Source: Thraustochytrium aureum | Taxonomy: Eukaryota | Reading direction: 5' to 3' | Assembly (NCBI GenBank): GCA_012862495.1 | Contig: BLSG01000143.1 | Coordinates: forward strand, 1-49,189 | Length of the DNA: 49,189 bases | Shown here: piece after piece, positions 11,686-23,023 of the stretch | How the letters are laid out: the number at the start of each line of letters is the position of its first letter | Numbering within the stretch: the stretch's first letter is position 1 | Notes under the pieces: model-generated | The model's input: only the letters and a program-made list of their open reading frames with translations | The model's database searches: none | Told to the model about the DNA's origin: nothing | Position numbers and translations under genes: made by a program

Positions 11686-11797
11686 CATCGCCGGCGGGCG
11701 CTCATCGCCGGCGGGCGCTCATCGCCGGCGGGCGCTCATCGCCGGCGGGCGCTCATCGCCGGCGGGCGTTCATCGTCGGCGGGCGTTCATCGCCGGC
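11686..11797. repeat. 17-nt GC-rich minisatellite (~6.5 copies) between the convergent CFAP58 and RPN11 genes
   Basis: Unit catcgccggcgggcgct, with the last copies diverged. Confidence 0.9.
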
Positions 11798-11845
11798 TTG
11801 CCGCATGCAGCCGGCAAAGAGATACAAGAAAAGGGATGCACAATT

Positions 11846-12899
11846 TCACTTGAAGACAATCGTATCGAGCGAAGTTGTCAGCGCCTGGTCGATGTTGCGC
11901 GTCATGAGGTCGTCCACGTTCTCCTGCAAGTGCCGCTTTGGGTCGATCTTGCCGACGTTCTCCACCATGATCTCCTCCGCCGTCTTCTTCTCCTCCTCCT
12001 GCACGCGAGCGTTGTAGTCTTTGGCGAGCGCGAGCATTGTGTTGACGGTTTTCGTGTTGCACTTGCTGTGCTCGGCAAAGTCCTCGGAGACGAGGCCCTT
12101 GGACCAGCGCTTGGCGTGCACGTTGCTGAGCATTTTGATCTCGAGGTCGTTTTTGCGAAAGTCAATGTTGATCGAGTAGTAGTGCCGGTTGAGCCCGTGA
12201 ATCAGCGCCTGGATCGAGGGCCGGTTCAGGTGGCCCACGTTGGACGTGGTCTGGCGCGGCTCCACGCCGAGCATTGCTGCTTGCTGAGGGATGAGCCGGA
12301 ACGCGTCGATCACCACCTTACCCTTGACGGACTGGATCGGGTCGATCACGACGGCCACGGCGCGCTTGTTGAGTGCCTCGAAACTCTGCTGCGTGTTGCA
12401 GTCGGTGCTCGAGAGCCAGCACCCGAACCCGGGGTGCGAGTGGTACCAGCCGACCACCATCTCGGGCCGCCCGGTCTGCTTGAGCGCGTCTAGGATCTTT
12501 GTCTGGTAGACGGGGTCCACAGACTCGACGGACACCGTGGTACCCGTTTGGGGGAATACGGCGCTGCGCATCGTCGAGCATCGCCAGCGTCAGTAAGGGC
12601 GGCGACCGATGGCAAGCCCGGCTCGCAGCGGCCGCCACTGCACCGCCTTCACAAACAAAAGCAAACAAAACTTACACGTCAACGACCGAAACGCTAAAGT
12701 CGTCCACAAACTCTCCGAGCAGCAGGCCCATGACCTCCATCGGCACGCCGGCCCGGCCATGCTTGAGCATCTTGAGCAGAGCCAGCGACGAAATATGCAC
12801 AGTCTCGGCGGTGTCCGGCATGGGCTGGTCGGCCGCCTGCCGCATCCCGCCGAGCCCGGCGCCGCCGCCCTGCTGCAGCAGCCGCATCAAGTTGTCCAT
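11846..12899 (-). CDS. RPN11: 26S proteasome lid deubiquitinase RPN11/PSMD14; exons 12899-12676 and 12563-11846 (~313 aa)
   Basis: [35 protein letters not shown] motif [31 protein letters not shown]. Intron 12675-12564 is GTAAGT...ACTGAC...GCAG and joins in frame. Confidence 0.95.
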
Positions 12900-13357
12900 C
12901 TCGCCTCGCCGTCACAGTCGCCTCGCAGAGCCCAGGAAGACAAGCCTACCGACCGCAGCTCTGCGTCCTCGCGCGTGTTGGGGCTCTGCTCGGCAACCGT
13001 CTCTCCTTCTCTGGTCTTCGCTGGCCACCCTAACCCAACAACCAACAACCTAACTGACGTGCAAACGAAAAAAAAAAAAAAAAAAGTGAGGATGGCGGAT
13101 GGTCGATTGATTGCCTGCCCAGAGTGGCTCCGACTCGGACTCCGAGCGGCCGGCTGGTTTGCCCTGCTTGGGCGCTCGCCGCTCGTCGGGATCGGCGAGC
13201 TGCTGCGCGGTGGCGGGGAGAGCGAGGACGGAAGGAAAGAAGGAGAGGGTCTGCTTGGCTCTCTACGACTGGTTTAGTTGGTTTAGTTCGCCTGCGTCTA
13301 CCGGCACGTGGACGTAGACTTGCTCTAGTGGCGAGGGATCAAGGGCTTGCGCTCGAG

Positions 13358-15537
13358 CTAGACGAGCGAAACGGCCTTCAGGAGCTCTGCCACGCGGTCC
13401 GCTGGGGCCTCGCCGCCGCCGGGCTGGCCAGCGGACTGCGGCGCCAACGGCGAAACGGGCCCCTGAGCCAGCGGCGGCGCAAACTCGCTGTCCTCTCCGG
13501 ACCCCGCTTGGTCAAACACGCCAAGAAGGTTGCGCTGGACCCCGAGGCTGCTTCGGACGGGCTGCCCGCTCGCAGCGCCCGACCCTGCTCGGCCAGGTAC
13601 GCGAACAACGATCATCGAGAGATTGTCGAATGACTCGAGGCAAGCCAGCGCCACCTTGTTGCAAACCCCGTCCAGCTCGGGGTCGTGCGGGTCCTGGGCG
13701 CCCGAGAGCTGACTGGCGACTGCAGGCTCCGAGAGGACAAGATCCATGCACGCCTCGCTGGACAGGACGTCCCAGATCCCATCGCAGGCAATGATGCAAA
13801 CTTGCTCGCTACTGCCTCTCTCGCGCATGTATATCTCCGGCTCCGCAACAACCACAGCCCTTCCCTCCAGCTTGTACTCAAAGTCGCCAAGGGCGCGAGA
13901 CATGGCCAAGTGGCTCCTGGTGTCGCCGCGCACGCGAAGAACCCGTCTGTTTTCGTCCACATCGCCTCCAGCTCGACGAATTCGCTCGAGCTCGCCAGCC
14001 CACCATGCGTCGGTCTCGTCAGTGCTCGGCTGTTGGTCACGCGTGGCAAGTTTCAGTTCGCCGTTCTCGAGCACAAGAGTCCGGGAATCCCCAATGTTGG
14101 CAACAGCCAGTGCTACAGGGCTCACAACCACGATGGCGGCGGTGGAGCCCGACCCGTCCTCGACCTCGACCCGCACCGCGCTCGGTTCGTCGCCAAACGC
14201 TTGCTCGATAATCTCCTGCGGCCGGAAACAGTCGAGCTGCGACATGCGCTGGTNNNNNNNNNNNNNNNNNNNNNNNNNNNNNNNNNNNNNNNNNNNNNNN
14301 NNNNNNNNNNNNNNNNNNNNNNNNNNNNNNNNNNNNNNNNNNNNNNNNNNNNNNNNNNNNNNNNNNNNNNNNNNNNNNNNNNNNNNNNNNNNNNNNNNNN
14401 NNNNNNNNNNNNNNNNNNNNNNNNNNNNNNNNNNNNNNNNNNNNNNNNNNNNNNNNNNNNNNNNNNNNNNNNNNNNNNNNNNNNNNNNNNNNNNNNNNNN
14501 NNNNNNNNNNACAACGCGTCCTCCATGGCGACGCGGTACCCGGGGAGGCTTGCGCTGCCGTAGCGCAGCGCTGGCTGAACCTCAGCGCCAGGCCGAGACG
14601 GCGAGGCTTTGGCGAGGCGCTCGACGATCATCTCGCTGTACAAGTTGCTCTTGCGGTTTCTTGTGTTGGGCCCGCCTCTCTCGGCGCGGCGAGCGGAGCT
14701 CCGGCGGACCAGCGGCGAAATGCACGCGTCGCCCTCCCTGTGCAGGATTCGGAGCGAGTCGTTCCGCTGCTCTCGGCTGGCCTTGCTGAGCGCAGAGTAG
14801 CCTGCGGGGGTGATCCCGCTCGCATCTGGGGGGGCGCGCTCGCCGCGCACGTTGCCCATGACCTCCATGAGCAGCTCGACGACGTCGTTGTGCAGCTTGC
14901 TCGCCGCCACGTGGAGCGGCGTGCGGCCTACGAGGTCGGTGGCGAACGGGTCCGCGCCGTTCGCAAGCAGCACCTTGCAGACCTCCTTCTTGCCCACATC
15001 TGCCGCGATGTGCAGCGGCGTGAACCCAAACGTGAAGCTGCTCGTCAACGACCTCATCTCCATCAGGGCATTGTTCCCCTGAATCATCTCGGTCACCTTG
15101 GCCAGGTTCCCAGCCCGGATAGCCTGCAGAAAGCGCATGCCCTTGATATCCAGGTCTGGCCGGCTCGACAAGGGTTCGAGCAGGGCCATCGACATGAACC
15201 GGGCGGCGTCCAGGACGCTCTCCGACACATCGGGCCCCTGCTGCGCCTCCCTTGGCGGCCCGCCATCGCCAGCCAGGCCGTCTCCCGCCTGTAGCGCGGA
15301 GTTCGCCAGTCGCTCCAGTTCGTCCACCTTGCCTCGCAGGGCGGCGTTTTCTTCGCGCAGCGCCTCGCCCTCGGCTTTCAGCGCCAGCACGCGCGCCATC
15401 AAGTAGTCCACGACGGTTTCCACCGACTCGTGCATCGTTGCCAAGCGCACTCGCTCCCGCGTGCTCGCTCCCGCGCTCCCGCGTGCTGTTCCGCCACTGC
15501 CCGCTCGAGCTCGACCTTCATCGCGTTCAAAGGCCAT
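13358..15537 (-). CDS. Coiled-coil + ankyrin-repeat + PP2C (PPM) protein phosphatase; internal gap 14254-14510
   Basis: Ankyrin repeats GFTPLHIAADVGKKEVCKVLLANGAD and GRTPLHVAA. PP2C motifs GYRVAMEDA, SGSTA, VANIGDSR, LAMSRALGDFEYK, IIACDGIWDVLS, DNLSMIVV. Joining the two halves across the gap is inferred. Start ATG could be 15537 or a downstream Met. Confidence 0.85.
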
Positions 15538-15610
15538 CGCAAGATTGGCGAACTGAGCAGACGATCGTTCCGTGTTCGTGCCGCTCTGCGCAAGTCGACC
15601 CAGCGCAGGC

Positions 15611-16290
15611 GTCGATGCCGAGGAATTTGCCCGCTGGGGCTGCTGCCGGGCTCGTTGCGCGTCACGGTGCTGGCCTCCTCGTCTGCGGATGGATGGATGG
15701 ATGGATGGATGGATCGATGGATGGATCGATGGGTCGATGGATCGATGAATGTACTCGTACTCGCTCATGTTTGCTGGTCGCGCCCGCCGCCGTCCATGCC
15801 GAGGATTTCGCCCATTGGGGCTGCTGCCGGGGTCGTTCCGCGTCGTGGTTCTGGCCTCCTCGTCTGCGGATGGATGGATGGATGGATGCATGCATGGATG
15901 GATGGATGCATGCATGGAAGGGTCGATGGATGTACTTACTCGTGCTCGCTCATGTTTGCTGGCCTCGTGAGACGTCGATGCCGAGGATTTTGCCCGCTGG
16001 GGCTGCTGCCGGGGTCGTTCCGCGTCGTGGTTCTGGCCTCCTCGTCTGCGGATGGATGGATGGATGGATGGATGCACGCATGGATGGATGCATGCATGAA
16101 TGGGTCGATGGATGTACTTACTCGTGCTCGCTCATGTTTGCTGGTCGCGCCCGCCGCCGTCCATGCCGAGGATTTCGCCCATTGGGGCTGCTGCCGGGGT
16201 CGTTCCGCGTCGTGGTGCTGGCCTCCTCGTCTGCGGATGGATGGATGGATGGATGGGTCGATGGATCGACGAATGTACTCGTACTCGCTC
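15611..16290. repeat. ~182-bp satellite (4 units) with embedded (GATG)n microsatellite and A/B alternation
   Basis: Unit starts at 15611, 15792, 15974 and 16159. Units 1 and 3 begin gtcgatgccgagga.tttgcccgctgggg; units 2 and 4 begin gtccatgccgaggatttcgcccattgggg. Confidence 0.9.
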
Positions 16291-17652
16291 CCACGTTCAG
16301 GAGGTCGCGCACGGTGTCCCGGCCGCGCAAGCCGCTCCGTCGCGAGGCGTCGATGCCGTGCGGCCACGGAGCTGCCCGGTCGACGGACGGCGGTGCGCGA
16401 GATGGATGCAAGCCGCGAGCTCCGGGGGTTGAACGACGAAACAACGTCCAGCCTGCCACAGCCTGCGCCACCTGGGCGACTCGCGGCACCGCAGGCTGGC
16501 GAGAACCATGACCAGCGAGCGCCACGAGGCGGCGAAGCGCACTCTACCTTGGTCCGGCATACCCGGAGTCCTCGAGAGGCGCCGGTGACGCGAGGGTTTG
16601 CGGATGACCAGCTCGAGCCCCGCCATGACGCCGAAAAGTACTCGCTGATGCTCGCTCGCTCACCGGCAGGCAGGCATGGATGGCACGGCCGCGCCAGCCT
16701 GACGAGCGCGACCACGTGCGGATCGGACCGGCGCCGGGAGCGCGCGAAGGCGCGACCCGCTCGCTGGCCAGCGCGGCCCGACCGCCAGTGGCTTGTGTCG
16801 CCGAGGCGCCTTGCCGGAGAGCGCAGAGGAGACTCGCGCCGGGCTCGACGCCGCGGACNNNNNNNNNNNNNNNNNNNNNNNNNNNNNNNNNNNNNNNNNN
16901 NNNNNNNNNNNNNNNNNNNNNNNNNNNNNNNNNNNNNNNNNNNNNNNNNNNNNNNNNNNNNNNNNNNNNNNNNNNNNNNNNNNNNNNNNNNNNNNNNNNN
17001 NNNNNNNNNNNNNNNNNNNNNNNNNNNNNNNNNNNNNNNNNNNNNNNNNNNNNNNNNNNNNNNNNNNNNNNNNNNNNNNNNNNNNNNNNNNNNNNNNNNN
17101 NNNNNNNNNNNNNNNNNNNNNNNNNNNNNNNNNNNNNNNNNNNNNNNNNNNNNNNNNNNNNNNNNNNNNNNNNNNNNNNNNNNNNNNNNNNNNNNNNNNN
17201 NNNNNNNNNNNNNNNNNNNNNNNNNNNNNNNNNNNNNNNNNNNNNNNNNNNNNNNNNNNNNNNNNNNNNNNNNNNNNNNNNNNNNNNNNNNNNNNNNNNN
17301 NNNNNNNNNNNNNNNNNNNNNNNNNNNNNNNNNNNNNNNNNNNNNNNNNNNNNNNNNNNNNNNNNNNNNNNNNNNNNNNNNNNNNNNNNNNNNNNNNNNN
17401 NNNNNNNNNNNNNNNNNNNNNNNNNNNNNNNNNNNNNNNNNNNNNNNNNNNNNNNNNNNNNNNNNNNNNNNNNNNNNNNNNNNNNNNNNNNNNNNNNNNN
17501 NNNNNNNNNNNNNNNNNNNNNNNNNNNNNNNNNNNNNNNNNNNNNNNNNNNNNNNNNNNNNNNNNNNNNNNNNNNNNNNNNNNNNNNNNNNNNNNNNNNN
17601 NNNNNNNNNNNNNNNNNNNNNNNNNNNNNNNNNNNNNNNNNNNNNNNNNNNC

Positions 17653-20600
17653 TCGCCATCCCGTTGTTGAAGGTGCGCCGCGCAGGCCCCGGAAAGGTCC
17701 CCGTCGGAACGGCCTGGACCTTGCCCAAATTCCGAGCTAGCGGACCAGCTCGAGGGGACGCCCGCGCGCCAGCGCCGCGCTCGGCTGGTCGCTCAGACGC
17801 CGCGCGGTTCATGCGGGCTTGAAAGGGAGCTGTGGCGTTCGTCGTGCCTCGACGCGTTCCTCCCTCCTCGACGCGCATATCTCGCTCCAAACTCTGCGGG
17901 GGCACGTCGAGTTTGGAGGTTTGCGTCTGAGCGTTCAAGCCTGACGCAGCTAAGCATTTCGTGATCGCAGGACTCGCGCGTGGCGACTGCGACGCGAAGC
18001 CTGGGAGTGGGGGTGTCGCTGCGTCTGCGAGGGGCTGGCCAGTTTCGAAATCCCGTTTGATGGACAATTGCTGCTCGAGAAAGCGCTCCGTCGCGACGAC
18101 AAGATAGCGCGTGTCGCGAAGGCGCGACTCGCTCATGGACTTTACAAGCGACGCGTCAGGAAGGCGCTTGAGCATGCTCTCTGCCAGACCGATCTCGCGG
18201 CGCATGTGCGTCTCGTACCGGTGCTTGGCGGCCTCGGCCTTTTGCACTTCAGCCTGCCGCGCCTGCTTGGCAAGCTCCAAAGCCGTGTTGCGCTGCTGCT
18301 CAGCGCGCTCAACGCACAGATCGTACTCGCGGTGGGCGTGCTGCTCGGCCGCGAGCTGACGAAGCGAGGCCTCAAACTCGGTCACGGACAAGTTTGCCTC
18401 GTGCACGCGCCACCCCTGCTGGAGCATCGCGTCGAGCTGGTGCCGCTGCTTGAGCAGCGCGTTTCGCGCGCGATCAAGGCGACGAACGACTTGACGAGCT
18501 CCGCTACCAGGCCGGCTCGCCCAGTTGGATGCGCTCTCNNNNNNNNNNNNNNNNNNNNNNNNNNNNNNNNNNNNNNNNNNNNNNNNNNNNNNNNNNNNNN
18601 NNNNNNNNNNNNNNNNNNNNNNNNNNNNNNNNNNNNNNNNNNNNGACACCCGTGCGGGTTGTGCTCATGCTTGCGACGCTCTCGAGCTCGCTCGCGGTGG
18701 CATGCGAGCCTTGGCTACTTGCAACCCCGCGATTGAGGGGTCCGCCGAGGCGCTCTCGCGCTGCGTTTAATGTGTGAAGGTAGAGGCCTCGGTGAAAGGG
18801 CCGGATCCCCGAGCGCGATGCGCCCGTCTTGAACAGCTCAAACCGGTTCACCTTTCGCAGCGCCTTGCTTGCGATTTCAGTCTTCCTGGCGCTGGTGAGC
18901 GGGGCCGATCTTGCGCAAGACGCGTACAGCAGGTCAAATTGGTGTTTCTCAAAGGTTCGCAGGAACGGAACCATGGGGCATCCGAGGTCTAGTCCAGGCC
19001 GGCAAGCCGGGGTCAGCCAAGCCCACTGCGAAATGCAAGCCTGCAGCAGTTCTTTGCCAATCGCGCCCTCGGCCTAGAGCTCGGCATCGCATCAGAGCAC
19101 ACCAACTAAAACTTACGAGAACTGCACCGCGGAAGCCCAGACATCACGTGGATGCCCGAGTTGCGGCACGCTTTTGCGAGCTTGAATATCGTGCTCGTCG
19201 AGCCAGAGGTGAACCAGATCACCTTCTTGCTAGGGTCGCTGTTCGAAACATCCGGGAAAACCGACTTGACCATCGCGACCAGGGCCTCGATAGCCTTGTC
19301 CGGCCCTGCTGCAGAAAGCGCAGTGCCTGGAGCCACGAAAGGAGCGCCAACCTCGCGCCCGTTGATCGCACCAAGGTCGCTCGATCTCGCTGCGACCTCG
19401 CGCATGCTTTCGAGCGTACGCGCGCTGGCCTCCTCCGCGAGCCACACTGGCGGGAGTGTCTCGAAAAGGAGGTTGTGGCCCACGTGCAGCGTCACACGGT
19501 CAGACCCGTCGAGCGGGTACTTGCGTGCAAATTCCCGAAACTTGCGACGCCTGCTTGACGAGAGAAACGCGGGCGCCTCCAGCACTGGAATGCCTTCTGT
19601 TACCAAAACGCGGCCAGGAAATCGCCAAGCCATTTCGACCCCAGCAGGCGCGTGGCACTCGTCGGCGACCCCGAGCTGCACCATTCGCCGCTGCACGCGG
19701 TCAAACCACCATGCAACGTTTTCGCTGGTGAACCAGGTCGAGAGTCCCTTGTTCTCCCCGCGATCCAGGATCCGCTGAAGCGAGTATCCCCGGAGGGCCA
19801 TACGGGATTCCCAAGCCCGGATCCACTCTCCAGCGGCATCTTGGAACGCGTGCCTACATTCTGGCCCCACCATCTCACGAGCTAGCTCGACCACGTCGTG
19901 CTTGGACAGCGGACAGCCGCGGCGCTCGAGTTCCTTGGCAAGAACAGCAAGGCTCTCTTCCGAAGCGTCAGAAAGCCACTCTGACCCGCCCGCATCTTGG
20001 TTGCCGGTGGTCCGCGCGCGCTGGGCGGCGAAGCAAGTTGATTCTGGTCCATGACCTGCATCAGGCTGGGCCGCTTGGTCAACCTCTGGTCTTTCGGTCC
20101 GCCCGCTCGGTGTTGACCGCAGGGGCGTGTCGCTTTCTGCCCCACCTCGCTCTGGGCGCGATCCTCCGCTTGCCTGCGACGCTCCCAGTGCCTCGGGTTG
20201 CGCAGGGCATGAGCCCGGGCCCGCCTTGTTGGCGGTGAGCTCGGCATCGAACTCGGCATGGAGCTCAGCGAGGCACTCGCCGACACGGCGAGCATCGGCA
20301 TCGTCAACCCAAGGGAGCAGCTCGCGCTGGCTGATACCCCGGCAGTACCGCTGGAGCTCAAGGTCTTGGTTGAAGAATGCGCAAAGTTCGTTGACTGACT
20401 GCGGGCACCGGGCATCCTGGAGGCGCTTGACCGACTCGGCGAGATCGTGCTTGCGCTTGAGCACGGCCAGCTGCTTGTCCTGGATCTTGCACTGCAGAGC
20501 GGCTTTCCGAGCTTGGAGAGCGGTCGGGTCGTTGCGAAGGCTCGCGTAGAGTTTGTCCTGCAGCTCTTGCAGCTTGGCAGCGTCGCTGAGCTCCACTCTG

Positions 20601-21214
20601 AGCTTGTCCTGAGCCAGTTTGAGGTTCTGGTTGTGCTCGTGCATCGCTCGTGCAGCGAGGGCGGCGAGCTCGAGCACCTGGGGCGGATTGTCGGCGATTG
20701 GGGCGTTGCAGCGGCAGTCGAGGCAGATCAGCTCAATTCGCTTGCGCAAGAGCTCGGCGCGCTGCATCTGAATCACGGGTGACGGGCCTTGGGCCTCTGG
20801 GTCTGTGTCGCGAGATTCCGAATCATCAGTCTCCGGGTGTGGCGACTCTGCGCCGTCCGAGGTTCGCTCCGTGTCTTTGACCTCGCTTGAGCCCTGCACC
20901 CCGAACCAGTCACTAGCGACCTTAATACGGCCCTCTGGCCCTGCGTTGAGGCTTGCCCGGAGCGGCATCACGGCGGCGACAACGCACCTTGACCCGCCGT
21001 GCACCACGGCTTCTCCGACGAGGCTGTGGCAGAGCCCGTCCCAAAATCCGAGTCCGCCGAGAGCTGCGATCTCGTCCCCGTCCATGACGCCAGCGTCCGG
21101 TCCGCTCGCCCGTGTTGCCACGTTGTCGAGCGGTTTTCGGGCGACGACTTGGCCCGCGTCCGGTGTGTCAGCAACAGGATGGATGGCGCTGATATCTCCA
21201 ATGAAGGCGGCCAT
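17653..21214 (-). CDS. Large spliced protein with a pogo/Tigger transposase-derived core (CENP-B-like HTH + catalytically dead DDE_1-like domain) and flanking coiled coils; exons 21214-19117 and 18988-<17653 (gap 18539-18644; 3' end in gap)
   Basis: Intron 19116-18989 (GTAAGT...GCTGAC...TAG, phase 1) fuses ORF 19106..21493 to ORF 18504..18974 in frame (...PRCSS-H-LGCPMVPFLRTF). Motif order matches pogo-type transposases by eye (see findings). Linkage to the 18538-17653 coiled-coil segment across the gap is inferred. Confidence 0.65.
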
Positions 21215-23023
21215 GGCGCGCCAATCAAGCGCCCCTGCTCCTCGCAATTCGGTGCTTGTCTCGCGGCCTGGGCGACTTGCCCCGTTGGCACGTTGTCGGG
21301 CGGAGTACGCTTGCAAACGGCGTCCACTCAACCGCGCGAAGCACCTCGACAGCCAGCACCGCGCCTGTTTAAAGCCCGCCGCCGATGCACTTTTCCTCGA
21401 GACAAGCGCCCTAGCGCCGTCGCGCGAAACGAGATCCACGCGAGCGTGCGCGTCCGCCAGAACGCGTTGGCCCAGGCGCTGCAAACAAAACAAAAATGCC
21501 CCCCCACGCGCTCGCTCTTTCTATAAATTCACGGCAAAATTGCTTTCAAAACACATCGAGATTTTTAGAAAGCAAAATTGCATTGTATCGCAGAATACGC
21601 CTCGCACTTTAACCGTTTTTGGGACGCTCTTTTCGCGATCGTCACGTGCGACGTACCGGAGGACATCGAGGGCACGACTACTCTGGCAGTCCTGGCCTGG
21701 TTCTCTCGAGCGAGCCGCCTCCGTGGCGCAGCGAGACGTATCTGTAGGTGCTGCCTGACCGAACGATTGGTCTGGCAGAGCCGTTTCGTTCATCTTTCTG
21801 AGGCCACGTCTCCCGCACCAGATTGCGGAGGAGCTCGTCAACTCGATCACTCCTCAGCGCCCTGTCGCGCTGAGAACCATGGGGCCGAGGGGTTGTTGAG
21901 GATACCTACAGGCAAGGCCTGGTCGGATCCGCCTTTGCGCGCGACCAAACCGCCGTGGCACGGCCAAGCCGACCAACACGCCGACCAACCGACCAACCGA
22001 CCGACCGCCTTGGCCGAGACTCGCAGTGGATTGCATTTCACTCGCTGATCGGCGTGCTGCATCGGCGGCAAAGAGACAAGGCCGATCAGGGAAACTGTAG
22101 CAGCGCGCGCTTGGCGGACACGCTCGCTCGTCAGTGCCGACTCCCAAGTGTTGAGACCTTGCGTGACATGGCTGCCCAACGGTTACGAGGACGCAGGGTG
22201 TTGTCCGTTGACTGCATGTGGTTGTGTAAGCAAGTGAGTACATGTGGCACTGCACTGGCACTGTAGCAGGCACTGATGAGAGGTGCCACCGGCTCTAGCG
22301 CCGCTCGTCTGGCATTCCCACTGGGTGGAGATTTCGAGTAGGGGCCTTCGACGAGTAGGCCTTCGAGTCAGTCTCGACTGTGGCTGCAAGGGACCTTGGA
22401 CAGCTGAAGTGCTTTGGCACCTTCTGTTGAGCCTCCGCTCTCGACTCAGTCGGTGTGGCTCCCCAACCGCTGCGGGAGTCGCGGTGTGGTGGCGGCCGAG
22501 TGATTTTGGCGACCGGCCGAAACGCTGTTTCAGATCACTAGCCGTTGTTGGCCTGTGGCGCTGCTAACGCAGCCTGCAAACGCGCGGGTCGGAGATTGTT
22601 TTGGCAGCCAGTGGAGGTCGCTCGCATCAGAGGGTTGCAAGTAGCACCGCAACGGACAGGGGCTGTTGCATGGAGGCACCTGGGGAGCTGTAACGTCGAC
22701 CTGAGGAGCCAATGCGGCTTTCTACTCTGTATCTGCGCTGGGTGCTTCTTCATCTCCGGACAACCAGCCAGAATTGATACCCTCATGGCCTCAACAGTGT
22801 AGGGCAACTTGCTGGGCTCAGATCGCTTCAAAGGGCTGCCGCGGTTGGCACGTTTAGCTCGCTCTCAGATACGTGGCAACCACACTGCGTTCCCTCTCTC
22901 CGTCGGCCGAGCAGTTCAGATCCCGAACCAAGAGACGCTCGCTCCTCGCAACAACCGAGGCCGAAGCACGGAAGGAAAGCACCCCGTCCACATCCAGAGC
23001 CAAAGGCGCCCCCGCGAGCAGCC

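Noticed and set aside
15611..16290. Possible CRISPR-like repeat-spacer array
   Set aside because: The variable parts are GATG microsatellite tracts, not unique spacers; the units are ~180 bp; there are no cas genes; the context is eukaryotic.
15430..17670. Long ORFs rich in MDGW/HPSI
   Set aside because: These are translations of the (GATG)n satellite plus N gaps, not credible proteins.
17653..21600. Active autonomous DNA transposon
   Set aside because: Catalytic aspartates appear to be replaced, an intron and long extra domains are present, and I saw no TIRs (though the 3' flank is in a gap).
21500..23000. RNA genes or structured ncRNA in the long intergenic region
   Set aside because: No tRNA, rRNA or snRNA signature recognisable by eye, only an (ACCG/ACCA)n tract near 21970-22006. 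An Infernal/Rfam scan would be needed to exclude one.
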